NCBI GenBank assembly: GCA_964035545.1
Contig: OZ037770.1
Coordinates: 15,428,642 to 15,492,641 of the forward strand
Length of the DNA stretch: 64,000 bases
Direction: 5' to 3'
Source of the DNA: Bugula neritina
Taxonomy: Eukaryota > Animalia > Bryozoa
How positions within the stretch are numbered: position 1 is the stretch's first letter; the number at the start of each line of letters is the position of its first letter. The notes beneath the pieces were generated by a model. The model did not search any database and had not been told where the DNA came from. It worked only from the letters and a program-made list of their open reading frames with translations. Made by a program: the position numbers and the translations under genes. This document shows positions 1 to 11,229 of this stretch, in pieces.

Positions 1-211
1 CACTAATTGACAAATATTCACAATGCTGCTGCATGATGGGTAGAAATCAAACTAGCACATGCTATGGCTCTTCATAGTCTGAGTGTTGACATTTGCTAAG
101 GCTACACTGACAAGAACTCAAACAGGCATATGAATTATTCAGGAAATCCTAATTTACAGAAAGTCCAAATAATATAACTACCTTTGAAACTCTATAACCT
201 ACATACTCCAG

Positions 212-392
212 GTACAGCCACACCTTGTCCATCAGTCCTTGCAGACTCTGCAAGAATTGTGGGAGAAAATGTCACAAAGATTCTGATTGCAAACGAGACA
301 AGAGTAGTTGCTCCACCGAGTTTGGAGTTCTCTGTAGAGTTAGTTTCTTGGGAAATAAATCAATTTTTATTATTAAGTTTCACAGCTATTAA
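212..392 (+). pseudogene. Decayed WAP-domain exon (exon 2 of a small secreted peptide gene; signal exon not seen, probably upstream of the window)
   Basis: After acceptor ctccag (AG 210-211) reads GTATPCPSVLADSARI, then with a 1-nt frameshift at ~256-258 continues CGRKCHKDSDCKRDKSSCSTEFGVLCR. This is WAP spacing with C5 as agt and C7 as ttt, each one substitution from tgt. Same phase-1 acceptor layout as neighbouring genes. Confidence 0.65.
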
Positions 393-926
393 ATAAAATA
401 TATGTCTGTTGTACAAGACTTCATGATTTCACAATATAAATGATTGAAATCATTACATATAACATTCTTATACAATTTTATTTAGTTTTTTTACCTAAAG
501 TTTGGCATCTAACTGCCTGTATCTAAATATATCCTGCCATCATGTTACATATATCAGCTCTCCCAGAGCACCATACTAATTATTATACTTATAAAAGTAC
601 ATCCAACCTGTTGACAAGAAAAGTGCATCACCATTTGGGTGTGGATTAAAAAATATGGGCTCATACCATCTTTGTACAATCATTAGGTATGTTGTAACAA
701 GGTTGTCATAGTTACTGATTGCATATCTAGTATAATGGTGGTTGTGGAATGTCTGGCATATTCATGTATGCCCACATATAGAAAAATCTCTTTATAAAGT
801 TCTACGGAAGGGATTATATATATCTAAGCATATTAAGTAGTGAACTTTAGGTAGTGAAAGTTGTGTTGAACATACAGAAGCACTGCTAGTTAAACTCGAT
901 CTCTTTATACAACAGCAACTGCAACA

Positions 927-1576
927 ATGAAATTCTTCGCTTTTACTTTGTTTCTACTTGCTTTCCTTTGGGTTCAAGGCACCGAGTCCTGTAAGTATAT
1001 GTAACGCAGCTCATAGGACTTCAGGCTAAATATAAAATCTAAGTCACAAAACTAAACACTCAATTGGTAAATAACCTGTTCATCATTAGTTTAACTTTAA
1101 TTTGTTTTGGCTAGTAGTTTGAGTAAATCTGTACTTTATTGCAGCTATAGTATAGCATGCTTACTATTAGTAATTGAGAAAAAACTTAAGACGTGTTTTG
1201 AAATGTTTTCATAATATAAAGTGCTCAACAATCTACTTAAATATTTTGACAGTCATTCATCGCCATTGAAATTAAAACTTTGTCTAAAAGCAGCACCATG
1301 CAGATAGAAAACTAAAAGTTGCTGGGTTTTCATTTTTGTTGAATTAACCTAACTGTAACCTATAACACACAGAATGATACTCATGTCATGTGCTTCTGTA
1401 TGTGTCTATGAAATATAAATTGAATTTTAGAAGTATTAAAGGGTTGTCCCCCTCCTACTCAGCACGGGATTTGTGCAGAAACGTGTGACGATGACCTGGA
1501 TTGCCCAGGAAATTAAATTTGCTGCAGAAGTGGCTGCTGGAGCAGTTGCGAGCGCCCCCAACTATCGCAAGGATAG
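927..1576 (+). pseudogene. Secreted single-WAP-domain peptide gene with an in-frame stop (pseudogene or null allele)
   Basis: Exon 1 927-990 MKFFAFTLFLLAFLWVQGTES + phase-1 donor gtaagt. Exon 2 1434-1576 LLKGCPPPTQHGICAETCDDDLDCPGN*ICCRSGCWSSCERPQLSQG*: all 8 WAP Cys present but TAA at 1514-1516. AATAAA at ~1680. Confidence 0.8.
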
Positions 1577-1729
1577 ACTGCTGAGGCTAAATAGATGCTC
1601 ATATTGTATACTATTATACTTGTATAAGAGTTGTGCTGATAATATATCTTCATTTTGAGAACTTGTATTGACTTTCTACAATAAAAACACACACAGCTGT
1701 TGTGTACTAAAATAACAATATTTAAACAT

Positions 1730-1925
1730 GATTATAATAATATAATATAAAGAATAAAATATAATATAATATTGTAATGACTATAATGTAGCATAATATT
1801 ATAATGAATATAATGTAATATAATAATATAATGAATATAATATAATATAATAATATCATGAATATAATATAATATAATAGTATAATTAATATAATATAAT
1901 ATAATAATATAATGAAAAAAATATA
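1730..1925. repeat. AT-only low-complexity repeat (AATAT/ATAAT)
   Basis: Visible degenerate pentamer repeat; explains spurious ORFs 1722..1985 and 1732..1929. Confidence 0.85.
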
Positions 1926-4496
1926 ACATATAGGAGCAAATGTCGGACTTGTCAAAATGATAAAGAATTTTCTTAAATCATTCAAACTAAGACCTCTCCA
2001 ACTTATTTAATTATTCCTCGATTGACTATTCATTATTATTGCGCAAGATGTCATTCAACTACCAAAAATCATACCTAATGAATATACATATATAGGCAAA
2101 GAAAAGACAACTCCTATCAAATAAATAATGGATACACATTATCTTATTAAATAGTAATTCTGTAGTAACATGAAACAGCTCATCCTCAAAGCTGCTGCAA
2201 CAGCCATAAAATGTCAATATATTTCAATGCTTTCTATTATCATATTAAATACTGACTGACTGTTATATAAACAAAGCTATATAAATGTATACCAATTGTT
2301 GGAATTATAGTTATATTTATGTGCTTTGTCTAAAATTAAAGTGCCAATGTGTAATCGCTTGTTAGTTTTGTGAGTCAAAATAACTTTTTTGCCACATAAA
2401 TATGTCCATAGTGGTATATCAGTGTTCCTAAACAGGCTATGCTACACTCTGTAAAACATTAAATCAATCTGGAAAGGCTTATATATACTGTATAATATAG
2501 TGTTAAGTATTTTCTTGAGTAAAAACAAGTAATTAGTTGAACTATTTTTTTGTTAATTGAATCATGACTGGTTATAGTTTTAAAATGAATAATCAACCTT
2601 TGCATGGATACAATAATTTACATTTGATTGGTTGTATTTCAATAAAGAAGCTGTTATTGTAAACAGTGTTAGTTTATTTTTAGAGGCTTAATGCTAGTCT
2701 AAGGTATTGCTTCATCTCCCACAGGGAAAGTTCCTTCAACATTACACATACAACAAGGAAATTGCCCAGGTTAGCTTCAAATATGATTGGCTAAAACTAT
2801 TAAATCCTATCTAGCACCTGAACCTCACACCATCCATACCTAACGTCAATGCAATCGCTACAACATATAATCTGTAAACTCTGAATCATTTGTATATACT
2901 GCATGGCTAAACAGAGGGAGACAATTTCATTAGCTGATGATGAATTAGCTTTCGCTTAATATTATTAAACCTCTTACTTTCTATTGACTAATTCAATAGT
3001 CAATGCTTGATTGCATTAATAAATATTCTGTTAATTGATTTGGAAATATTTCATAAATGTTCTACTTATTTCAATATCTAATGGATATATAATCATAAAT
3101 TTCGGATTTTAATATCGAAAGATATTTGATTAGCCTATAAAACATTTTTTTATATAAATCTGACAAAGGTATATGTAGTGTGCCTGGCAGTTTGCAATGC
3201 TGGTACAGAGAAACAGTTTTTGAATTTTTTTGCGCAAGCTCTAGTAGATTATATGTTGTTAAAAGTTGTGAAACATATTTTTATTCACCTTATATGTATC
3301 TGCCAAATTAAAAATGATAAACTCCTGCTAAACAAATCTTCCATTTTTAACCTTGAATAGTAATTGCAAAGATGTTGGCAACTGACAATGTTGTGGGCAT
3401 ATAATAGTCTGAAATTTATACAGAACAATGGCAGGTTATAGTTTATTAAAATATGATATATTGTAATTACTTTATGTTGCAATGCTTTATCCTCATCACA
3501 GCATTGTGAAATATCTAAACAGTGTCGTAAATTGATTACACATGCAGCTGACAAACGTTCTATATATATGAGCACCACTTCAAAATTTGCAGACTAGTTC
3601 TTAGGGAGCACCAGAACTTGCTGAGTGCAGTTGTACCTAGAGCTTTGGCTTTAAAAGACGCATGGAAATGTAAAACATTACTTATTGTTAACAGGATTTG
3701 TTCACACATTTCGATACTTAGACATAGTATATACGGATAAAAACCTCACGTAAATAATTAAATAATTATATACCTATAGTCGCTATTTTTCAAGGAGCCC
3801 CGATAGAATAAATTTTTCTAAGGAGCTTTTCTAGTGTGGCATATTAAAAGCTCTTTCTAGCATACTATATATGTGTAGTATATAATAATACAAGTTGTTA
3901 TGATATAATATATAGGCTACATAGCTCAATAATAGCTCAATAAGAATTTGGATAGTTTAAATAAGCTGTTGGACTTTTTGTATCAACATTTTACTACCAT
4001 GCTATTTCTTTCCTCTCTGACTCCTCAAAACTCTTGCATGTTGAACAGCTAACGTATGAGTGGCCAACGATTCATGCATTTTGATAATACAGATATTCTA
4101 TAAATTTATAATTGGAGCCATATTTGTGAATTTACTTAACCTCCTCAGCTTAGTCTTTATAGATTCAACTGACAGTTTTGCTTTTCAGTTTATATTTAGC
4201 CTTATGTTGCCTTTTGGATAGCAGTAAGAAAGCTTTCTACATTTCTTTGAGAATTGTTTTAAACTGTGTGTCTATTTATCTACTACACTTCTTTAGGAAA
4301 GCTGTCTCACCCCCCCCCTTCCACTAGATGTGGTTATAGACACTTGGTTATACACACATTGTTCATGTATACTGCATTCTTATTAGATCAAGCTACAAGG
4401 AACTGGAAGACGTATAAAAGGTGCGCCAAAGCAAGAGAACGCATAGTTGTTGCAGTAGTAGGAATTTGTTATAGCTACTTTTTCCAACACCTAACA

Positions 4497-5210
4497 ATGA
4501 AGTTTATTATGTTGACTATTGTTCTGTTTTCTTTGGTTTGCCTCTGCAATACAGTAACAGGTGAGACAGTTGGTAGATGGGCAGACACTCTGCAAGTCTT
4601 TCATTATTCAGTGAATATTTGATGAATTACTTTAAAGTATTGCACTGCATATGCATTGCATTATATTGTGTTTTGTTTACAATTGTATTTTATGGTATTT
4701 TATAGTCTTGTATTGTACTGTGTTGTATTGAATTTTATTGTATAGCAATGTATTTATTGTATTGTATATTGTACTTATTGTGTTGTATTTCATTTCATCG
4801 TATCAGCTTGTATTTATCATATTGTATTGTATTAATTGCATTGTATTTCACTGTACTGCATCGTATTGTACTTCAATGCATTGTATTGTGTTGTATTGTA
4901 ATTTATTGTATTGTATCGTATTGTGTGGTATTGTATTGCAATAATGCAATACACTACCACACAATAACATTCAGTACTGGCTCTCAGCTAAACAAAACTT
5001 GCAAAACATTTAGAATTGAACTATTCCACATTCAGATTAGTAAAAGTAAATAAAAGAATAAGCCGCTTTGCTTTAGGGGCGTCTGGAAAGTGTCCTAAAC
5101 CTGGTGGCCAAGGAATTTGTGTGCAGTTGTGTGATTCAGATGATGGTTGTGGCAGCGGTCAAAAATGCTGCTCCAATGGCTGCGGATTTACCTGTCAAAC
5201 AGCTGAATAG
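4497..5210 (+). CDS. Secreted single-WAP (four-disulfide core) peptide, waprin/elafin/crustin-like, 2 exons
   Basis: TATAAAA at 4413-4419. Exon 1 4497-4560 MKFIMLTIVLFSLVCLCNTVT(G), donor gtgag. Exon 2 5077-5210 GASGKCPKPGGQGICVQLCDSDDGCGSGQKCCSNGCGFTCQTAE*, canonical 8-Cys WAP pattern. AATAAA 5439-5444. Confidence 0.92.
4640..4945. repeat. Intronic (TATTG)n degenerate microsatellite
   Basis: Repeated tattg/tgtat units inside the WAP gene intron. Confidence 0.85.
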
Positions 5211-5984
5211 TTGTCAGTTGTCTCCACCTGAACCAGTTAATTCTGTCAAAACAAATTATCTGCAAGCAAACTCTGCATGTTTAGTATTCTCCTAACTAAA
5301 AGAATTTCTGTAACAATATTATCAACAAATATCAACACATTCAAAAGATTTAACATTTCTGTTATAAAGCCTAATTAGCATTTCAAAACAAATTTATAAC
5401 TGATACTAATTTGATTGTATTTTCTCAACTATAAGTACAATAAAGTAACTTAGGAATATGTTTTTGGTATTTCTATGTAGTTGATAAATTCATAGAATAA
5501 TGCTATAGTTTAAAAGCTTTAAAACAAATAATTTGTAGAAATATTAAGCAATATACTCATAAGATTCATGTTGGGAAAATATTGTTACTATATATATAAT
5601 ATGACATTATAGTTATAATTAGTAATTATTGAAGCGCAAAGAATATGTTTATTTCTCAACATGGCAGAGTTGCAAACTTTTATGTATATTTATTTTATAT
5701 ACAGATTTAACGGAAATCTGCTGTAGAATCATTTCTTAAGCAACACAAAACAAGGATACAGAGCCAGCTGAGCGTAAAATACTGTATGTTTCATTTAACC
5801 TGTTTCCTGGTACGAAATTGTAATAACTGTATTATTCTTTTGTTCCGATTATTCATGTATAGCTACTTATAAGTGTATAATTATTTTCATATATAAAAGG
5901 GGTGTATTCTAACGAAAAGCAACATTCACTGAAACAGCCTTCATATATACAGTATATATAGCAACTTATTTCAGAAAACAAAAC

Positions 5985-6542
5985 ATGAGATTTCTTATAG
6001 TCTTTACTTTCCTTCTACTTGTTTGTCTTCATAACATTGAAGGACGTAAGTATATTATTACAAGTTATCACTTATAGTTTCTTTAGTCTTATATGCTGAC
6101 TTTTTTACTGCAGAAGATACATTTTAGTTCTTGTTCAAAAATTCATATATTTTTAATGCTGCATAATTAAAACTAAAAATAGCATGTTTTTATACCCGTA
6201 TATGCATTAAACTCAGCCTGCATATAGCAGCTATATCACATATTCCCGTAATTCTTGTACTGATAACTAGAAACTCTGCACTGATGACGTGCAGTTTGAT
6301 GAAGTAAATAAATTGATACTTAATTTCCTTGAGCAATATATGCTAATATTCTTTGGTTTTATTATTTTATTTTAATTGAATAATCACAGTGAGTTGTTAA
6401 TATTGTAGTCGGGATCCACGGCTGCCCTCCTAGCGGACCCAACAGCTGCACGAGTGACAGCGAATGTCTTGCCAGGAACACGAGGTGCTACTTCAATCTT
6501 TGTGGTGGGAGATGTGTATATGTACCAGACATCAAAGAATGA
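5985..6542 (+). CDS. Secreted 6-cysteine WAP-derived peptide A, 2 exons
   Basis: TATAAAA 5892-5898. Exon 1 5985-6045 MRFLIVFTFLLLVCLHNIEG, phase-1 donor gtaag. Exon 2 6409-6542 LGIHGCPPSGPNSCTSDSECLARNTRCYFNLCGGRCVYVPDIKE*. AATAAA at ~6625. Supported by the paralogue at 8234-8707. Confidence 0.88.
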
Positions 6543-7716
6543 GTTCATCACACAAATTAACTGTATTCATGAGCATATACTAGCTGTAGAGCTCAATATT
6601 AGCAGTTTCTTTTTACGTTATCTGAATAAACGAATAAAGTTATACAAATGAAACCAAAGCTGCTAGAGTTTTCACATTGACCTAATCTTCTATGAATATA
6701 ATGTGTATATAATTTCAGTGGAGTTTCAGCTATATAGCTATAGCCATTGCACTCTATAAGGTGTAATGACAGTAGGTAAAGAAGCCTTAAACCAGTTTCA
6801 TTCTTTGGTATAGATCTAATTTTTACTTTTTATAACTTTTCTATGTATGGAACTTGCAACGAAATGAGAGCATATACTAGAACTTATATCACTATAACAC
6901 ATTATTAAAAAGGCGGTTCTTTAACAATATAATAACAAATAATATAATGTACTCTAGGCACAAAGAAACATAGATTAGCCAATTATAGCTCATGATTTAT
7001 GACACATCAGGTCAACAATGAGATACTATATAAAGTTATATGTTACCATGATATCCTGTATATATGCCTCCCAATACTCACTGACCAAAACCTTGTGAGA
7101 TGTGATACCAATCAAGTAGCATTATTCAATACCTCCACCACCTCTATTGCTATCATATATACAAGAATACGGAGATGTTTGTAAATTCAACATTGCTGCA
7201 ATAGATATATATCATGTTAAGTTGTGGAAATAATAGGTATATATAAGTTCTAAGGATTTCCAGCAAACTGAAAATAGATAAGATAACTTTAATTAGACAA
7301 GCTTAAACATGCATGTATGACTTTGAGGTTTACCAAAATGCAAGATACCGGCCCTTAGTACAACCAAACTTGGACATTCACAAATAAAATGTCATTATAC
7401 AACAGCTAGCACCCAAATAAATATAGTTTTCACAGGAATAAACCTGTCACATAGCATACTCTATTCCATATTGTCAATTTCATATAATATATGCAAACAC
7501 TATTGTACATATTCTTATTTCAGAGCTTAGTCAAGTAACATGTTTAGGAATATTTATTTTGGTATTTTTATATTCATCTTCACATAATAAACGACAGCTA
7601 AAATTAGTTTTATCTCGCTGAAAAGTTTAGATAGATTTTGTAATTAAGCAGCTTTAGAATAATTAATTTGCAGAAATATAAGCTACTGAAAAGTTTCATG
7701 CCGAGGAAGATATAAA

Positions 7717-7862
7717 TATACAGTACTTAGTAAACAATATAGTAGTAATTATGCATACAGTACTTAGTAAACAATATAGTAGTAATCATGCATACAGTAC
7801 TTAGTAAACAATATAGTAGTAATCATGCATACAGTACTTAGTAAACAATATAGTAGTAATTA
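7717..7862. repeat. 37-bp minisatellite, ~4 copies
   Basis: Unit catacagtacttagtaaacaatatagtagtaat(t/c)atg. Confidence 0.9.
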
Positions 7863-8233
7863 TTGAAGCACAACGAGTATCATTATTTCGCAATATTATG
7901 GTTAAGTTGCAAAATTGAGTTCATGTACATCTGTTTTGTATATTTATGTTCTTATATGCAGAATGAATTGAGACCTGCAGTACAATCATTTCTTAAGCAA
8001 CACAAAACAAGGATATGCGGCGAATTGGGTATGAAACTCTTCAGATCTCATTAAACCTGTTTCCGGGTACAGAATTTCGAAAACTATATCATTTGCATTG
8101 ATTATTCATAGCTACTCGTGTATAATCACCTGCCCATAATAAAAGGGATGTATTTAAGTGAGAAGCAACATTCACTGATACAGCTTTCACATACAGTATA
8201 TAATAACTATAATATAATCTCCTGAGAAGAAGC

Positions 8234-8707
8234 ATGAGATTGCTAGTCTTAACTTTCCTTCTACTTGTTTGTCTTCATAACATTGAAGGACGTGAGTGTT
8301 ATTAGATATTACTACTTTTATCTCGCTAACTTCCTTACAACCGATATAACATGCATTTTACTTCTTTACGCATGTCGTCTATAAGGGCTTATAGTTTAAT
8401 TTCAGTTAAGATAGGTTTTATACTATGGACTAATATAATTATCTATAAATAGAAATCTTGCACGATTTATATAGTAAATTTACTTAATTTTTTCATATGG
8501 TTAGTAGTAAATGTTGATATTTACTATCTCTGTTGTTTTATTACAATTGCCCAATCACAGTAAGTTATTAATGTTGTAGTTAGTGGTTGCCTTCCCAGCG
8601 GACCCAATAGTTGTACGGGTGACAGCGACTGTCGCAGTAGAAACATGAGGTGTTTCTTCAATCGCTGCGGTGGCAGATGTGTGTTTGTATTAGACATTGA
8701 TCAATGA
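8234..8707 (+). CDS. Secreted 6-cysteine WAP-derived peptide B, 2 exons
   Basis: Exon 1 8234-8291 MRLLVLTFLLLVCLHNIEG, phase-1 donor gtgag. Exon 2 8580-8707 LSGCLPSGPNSCTGDSDCRSRNMRCFFNRCGGRCVFVLDIDQ*. AATAAA at ~8816. Confidence 0.88.
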
Positions 8708-9153
8708 GCTCTACAAAAGAAGAAACTCTATGCATGTGAGCAGTTCAACTGTAGATCTCAATATATACCAACTATACCCTGTGTTATCTATATAATGATT
8801 GGAATATGAATATTAAATAAAGTTATATAAGATTGAAGTTGTGTTCCCAGTTTGTTGTTTTCTTCCAATTAAAATGTGTCTATAGAAATTTTTTCTAAGA
8901 TAGATGTCAGATGTTTACTGGGTATTTATAAAACTATGAAATATTAGATTTTGAGTCAGTCAGTCATTAATACAACTTTAAATAAAACTATTTAATATCA
9001 TGCTATATATAAATAAACCTATTTGATTAAGACAATTATCTAATAATTAATAAAATTATTTAAAGTATAAACTTAAGTTCATAACGTCTTACAGTGAAGA
9101 AAAGTGAATGTTGAACATCATCAAGTTAATAACAGGATGCTATAAAGTTTTAT

Positions 9154-9167
9154 GTTACCATGGCAAC
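9154..9167. promoter_or_regulatory. Candidate RFX X-box (GTTACCATGGCAAC)
   Basis: Exact match to the palindromic RFX consensus GTTNCCATGGNAAC, ~1.1 kb upstream of the GPCR ATG. Function inferred only. Confidence 0.4.
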
Positions 9168-10296
9168 ATTCAAATACATCACAACACTTGCTGACTAAAA
9201 CCTCATGACATGCTTATACATGTATATATGTTGGCTTTTAATGGGGAGTAACATTATTCCATGATTTGTATAGAAACCGTTCACACTGTGCAGACTTTTT
9301 GTAAAACAAAGAATATAATAACATAACTATAGCATGATCATAATGCAAAGGGAGATAAGCATTATATATACTGCAAGCAAAAGAATTTTATTGGAAAACT
9401 AAATTAAAAATTTACATAACTTGTAATTGGGTTGGACAACTCCTCATCTTGTTGGAAAACTTTATGGTTATTTCCTCACTGTAATTGAGTACTTGATATC
9501 CTGCAGAAACAGTTGTAAGAGTATGACATCAGGTTTCAACCAACAAAATGCACACATATATAACCAAAGAAAGTTCAAATGAAAGCACATATTATATTAT
9601 ATGCTTCGGAAATCAAGGTATTGTAAAAAAATGTATAGCAAGTTTACAAATAAGGCATTTCATTTTACTATATGATTACATTCTGTATTTCACTTTTTAA
9701 TTTATTAGTTGAAACATAATATTACAATTAATCTTTTGAATATTTACCTAGTAAACGTATAACAATATTTCACTTCTGACTAAGATTTTTTTTATAATTC
9801 ATAGGATAGATTCGCATGTGTGTCTACTGTTGCAGCACAGTTTTATTAGCTGGAAATCTGCTGCCATAAACAACACATTTCACTTGCTACAAATAAATCA
9901 ATTCACACCATCTACGGAATTATAATGTGTTTCTAGTTCTATAAATGATGCCGTTACATTTCCGTACAATCGGCGTTCTGTTGATACATTTCTTCTTCAG
10001 ATCATCACTGTATTTTCACAGATCTATTATTTCAAAGGGCAACATTCGGATAAATAATATACAGGAGGATGTGGAACTGATTGAAAAGTGAACACAATTT
10101 TCTGCCACTTGTAACATCAGTTGTATAAAATATCGATTTGAAAGTTGATAAAGGAAAGTTTTAGTTACAGAAGAAAATTTTGCTTGCTGCACATGCAGAT
10201 ATTATTTAGTTCGTTTTCTAAAGTTTTAGTTACAGCAGAGAACTGTTTTGCTGCATGTACAGGTATTTTAGTTCGTTTTCTAAAGCAAAGTAGAAC

Positions 10297-11229
10297 ATGG
10301 AGAATAAAAGTATTTTTTGTGATGACATCACAGAATTTTGTGGGGACTCCTCCAAATTGACGGGCATTGTGTCCATCAACATTTTCAGCATTGTTTTTAA
10401 CATTCTAAACTTGTTTGTGTTGAAAAGCTTGGAGAAGTCAAAGCGGACCACATATTTCTGGATAATAGTGAACATTATGATATCAGACGTTGCAGCTAGC
10501 ATTGCCTTCGCCTTTGTATTCAACTGCTGGCTGAACATGGAAGTTGTTAACTTATCGTTTGCTACAGCAAAGACTTATCAGGTGGTGCTTCTTATACTCG
10601 CATTCACTTCTTTTATGACTCGGAATTTTATTTTCGCACTTGCCAGCTACGAACGATACATTTCTATTTGTCTGCCATTTACCGTGAGCTCCAACAAACT
10701 GCTCAACAATCTAGGAATCTGCTTTGTTATAATTTGGGTTGGCAGTTGTGTCCTCATGGCTATTTCAACTGCCACTGGTACTGAGAATTACTGTTACGGG
10801 GAGTTTGGAGTTATGCCAATAAAGTTCAACCCTCAACTAGACATAGTGTTTGGTGTGTGTATGACCATTACTTGTTTCATTTGCATCTTGTGCTCGCTTA
10901 AAGCCTGGAAAGAGTTGAAGAAGATGGAGCGGAGGAATACAACCGGGGGAGACGATCTGGCAGTGAGAAGATCAGCACAGTATATTATGTTGATATTTGT
11001 GCTGTTTTACTTGTCGTACATCCCGACGATTTTAGCAGTCATCTTCAACCAAGTGGAGGGTCTTTCTCAGAATGTAGTTTCTGTTAACAGATGGATAATG
11101 GTTTTTTACCAGTCGCTCTACAGTATTCTGAATGTCATTGCGTATATCCTGATGACCCCCGGTTACCGGCTTCATATATCCAGTCTCTTCAAGAAGAGCT
11201 CAGCAGTGGTTCCAGCTGGAAACCCTTGA
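10297..11229 (+). CDS. Orphan rhodopsin-like (class A) 7TM GPCR, single coding exon, 310 aa
   Basis: Seven hydrophobic segments; TM1 Asn (FNILN), TM2 ISD, TM3 ASYERYISIC (D/ERY motif), TM4 Trp, ECL2 Cys, TM6 YIP, TM7 NVIAY (NPxxY variant). Confidence 0.88.
   Translation: MENKSIFCDDITEFCGDSSKLTGIVSINIFSIVFNILNLFVLKSLEKSKRTTYFWIIVNIMISDVAASIAFAFVFNCWLNMEVVNLSFATAKTYQVVLLILAFTSFMTRNFIFALASYERYISICLPFTVSSNKLLNNLGICFVIIWVGSCVLMAISTATGTENYCYGEFGVMPIKFNPQLDIVFGVCMTITCFICILCSLKAWKELKKMERRNTTGGDDLAVRRSAQYIMLIFVLFYLSYIPTILAVIFNQVEGLSQNVVSVNRWIMVFYQSLYSILNVIAYILMTPGYRLHISSLFKKSSAVVPAGNP

Larger units (their letters stand above)
5450..9230 (+). repeat. ~2.1-kb tandem segmental duplication (about 5450-7150 vs 7540-9230) carrying the two 6-Cys peptide genes
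   Basis: Shared blocks in the same order: taggaatat..ttttggtatt; atcatttcttaagcaacacaaaacaaggata; aacctgtttcc..ggtac; agcaacattcactga; exon 1; aatcacagt.agtt; exon 2; tataaagtt.tatgttaccatg. Confidence 0.8.

Noticed and set aside
1514-1516. In-frame TAA as stop-codon reassignment or selenocysteine
   Set aside because: It is TAA not TGA, TAA ends the gag-pol ORF normally, and the long ORFs read with the standard code.
1722-1985. Ile/Tyr/Leu-rich ORFs (also 4738-5053, 14401-14820, 25086-25529, 42281-42682, 60887-61130)
   Set aside because: Translations of micro- or minisatellites; repetitive and without gene structure.
3178-3578. Cys-containing ORFs as another peptide gene in the cluster
   Set aside because: No WAP spacing, signal exon or matching splice architecture.
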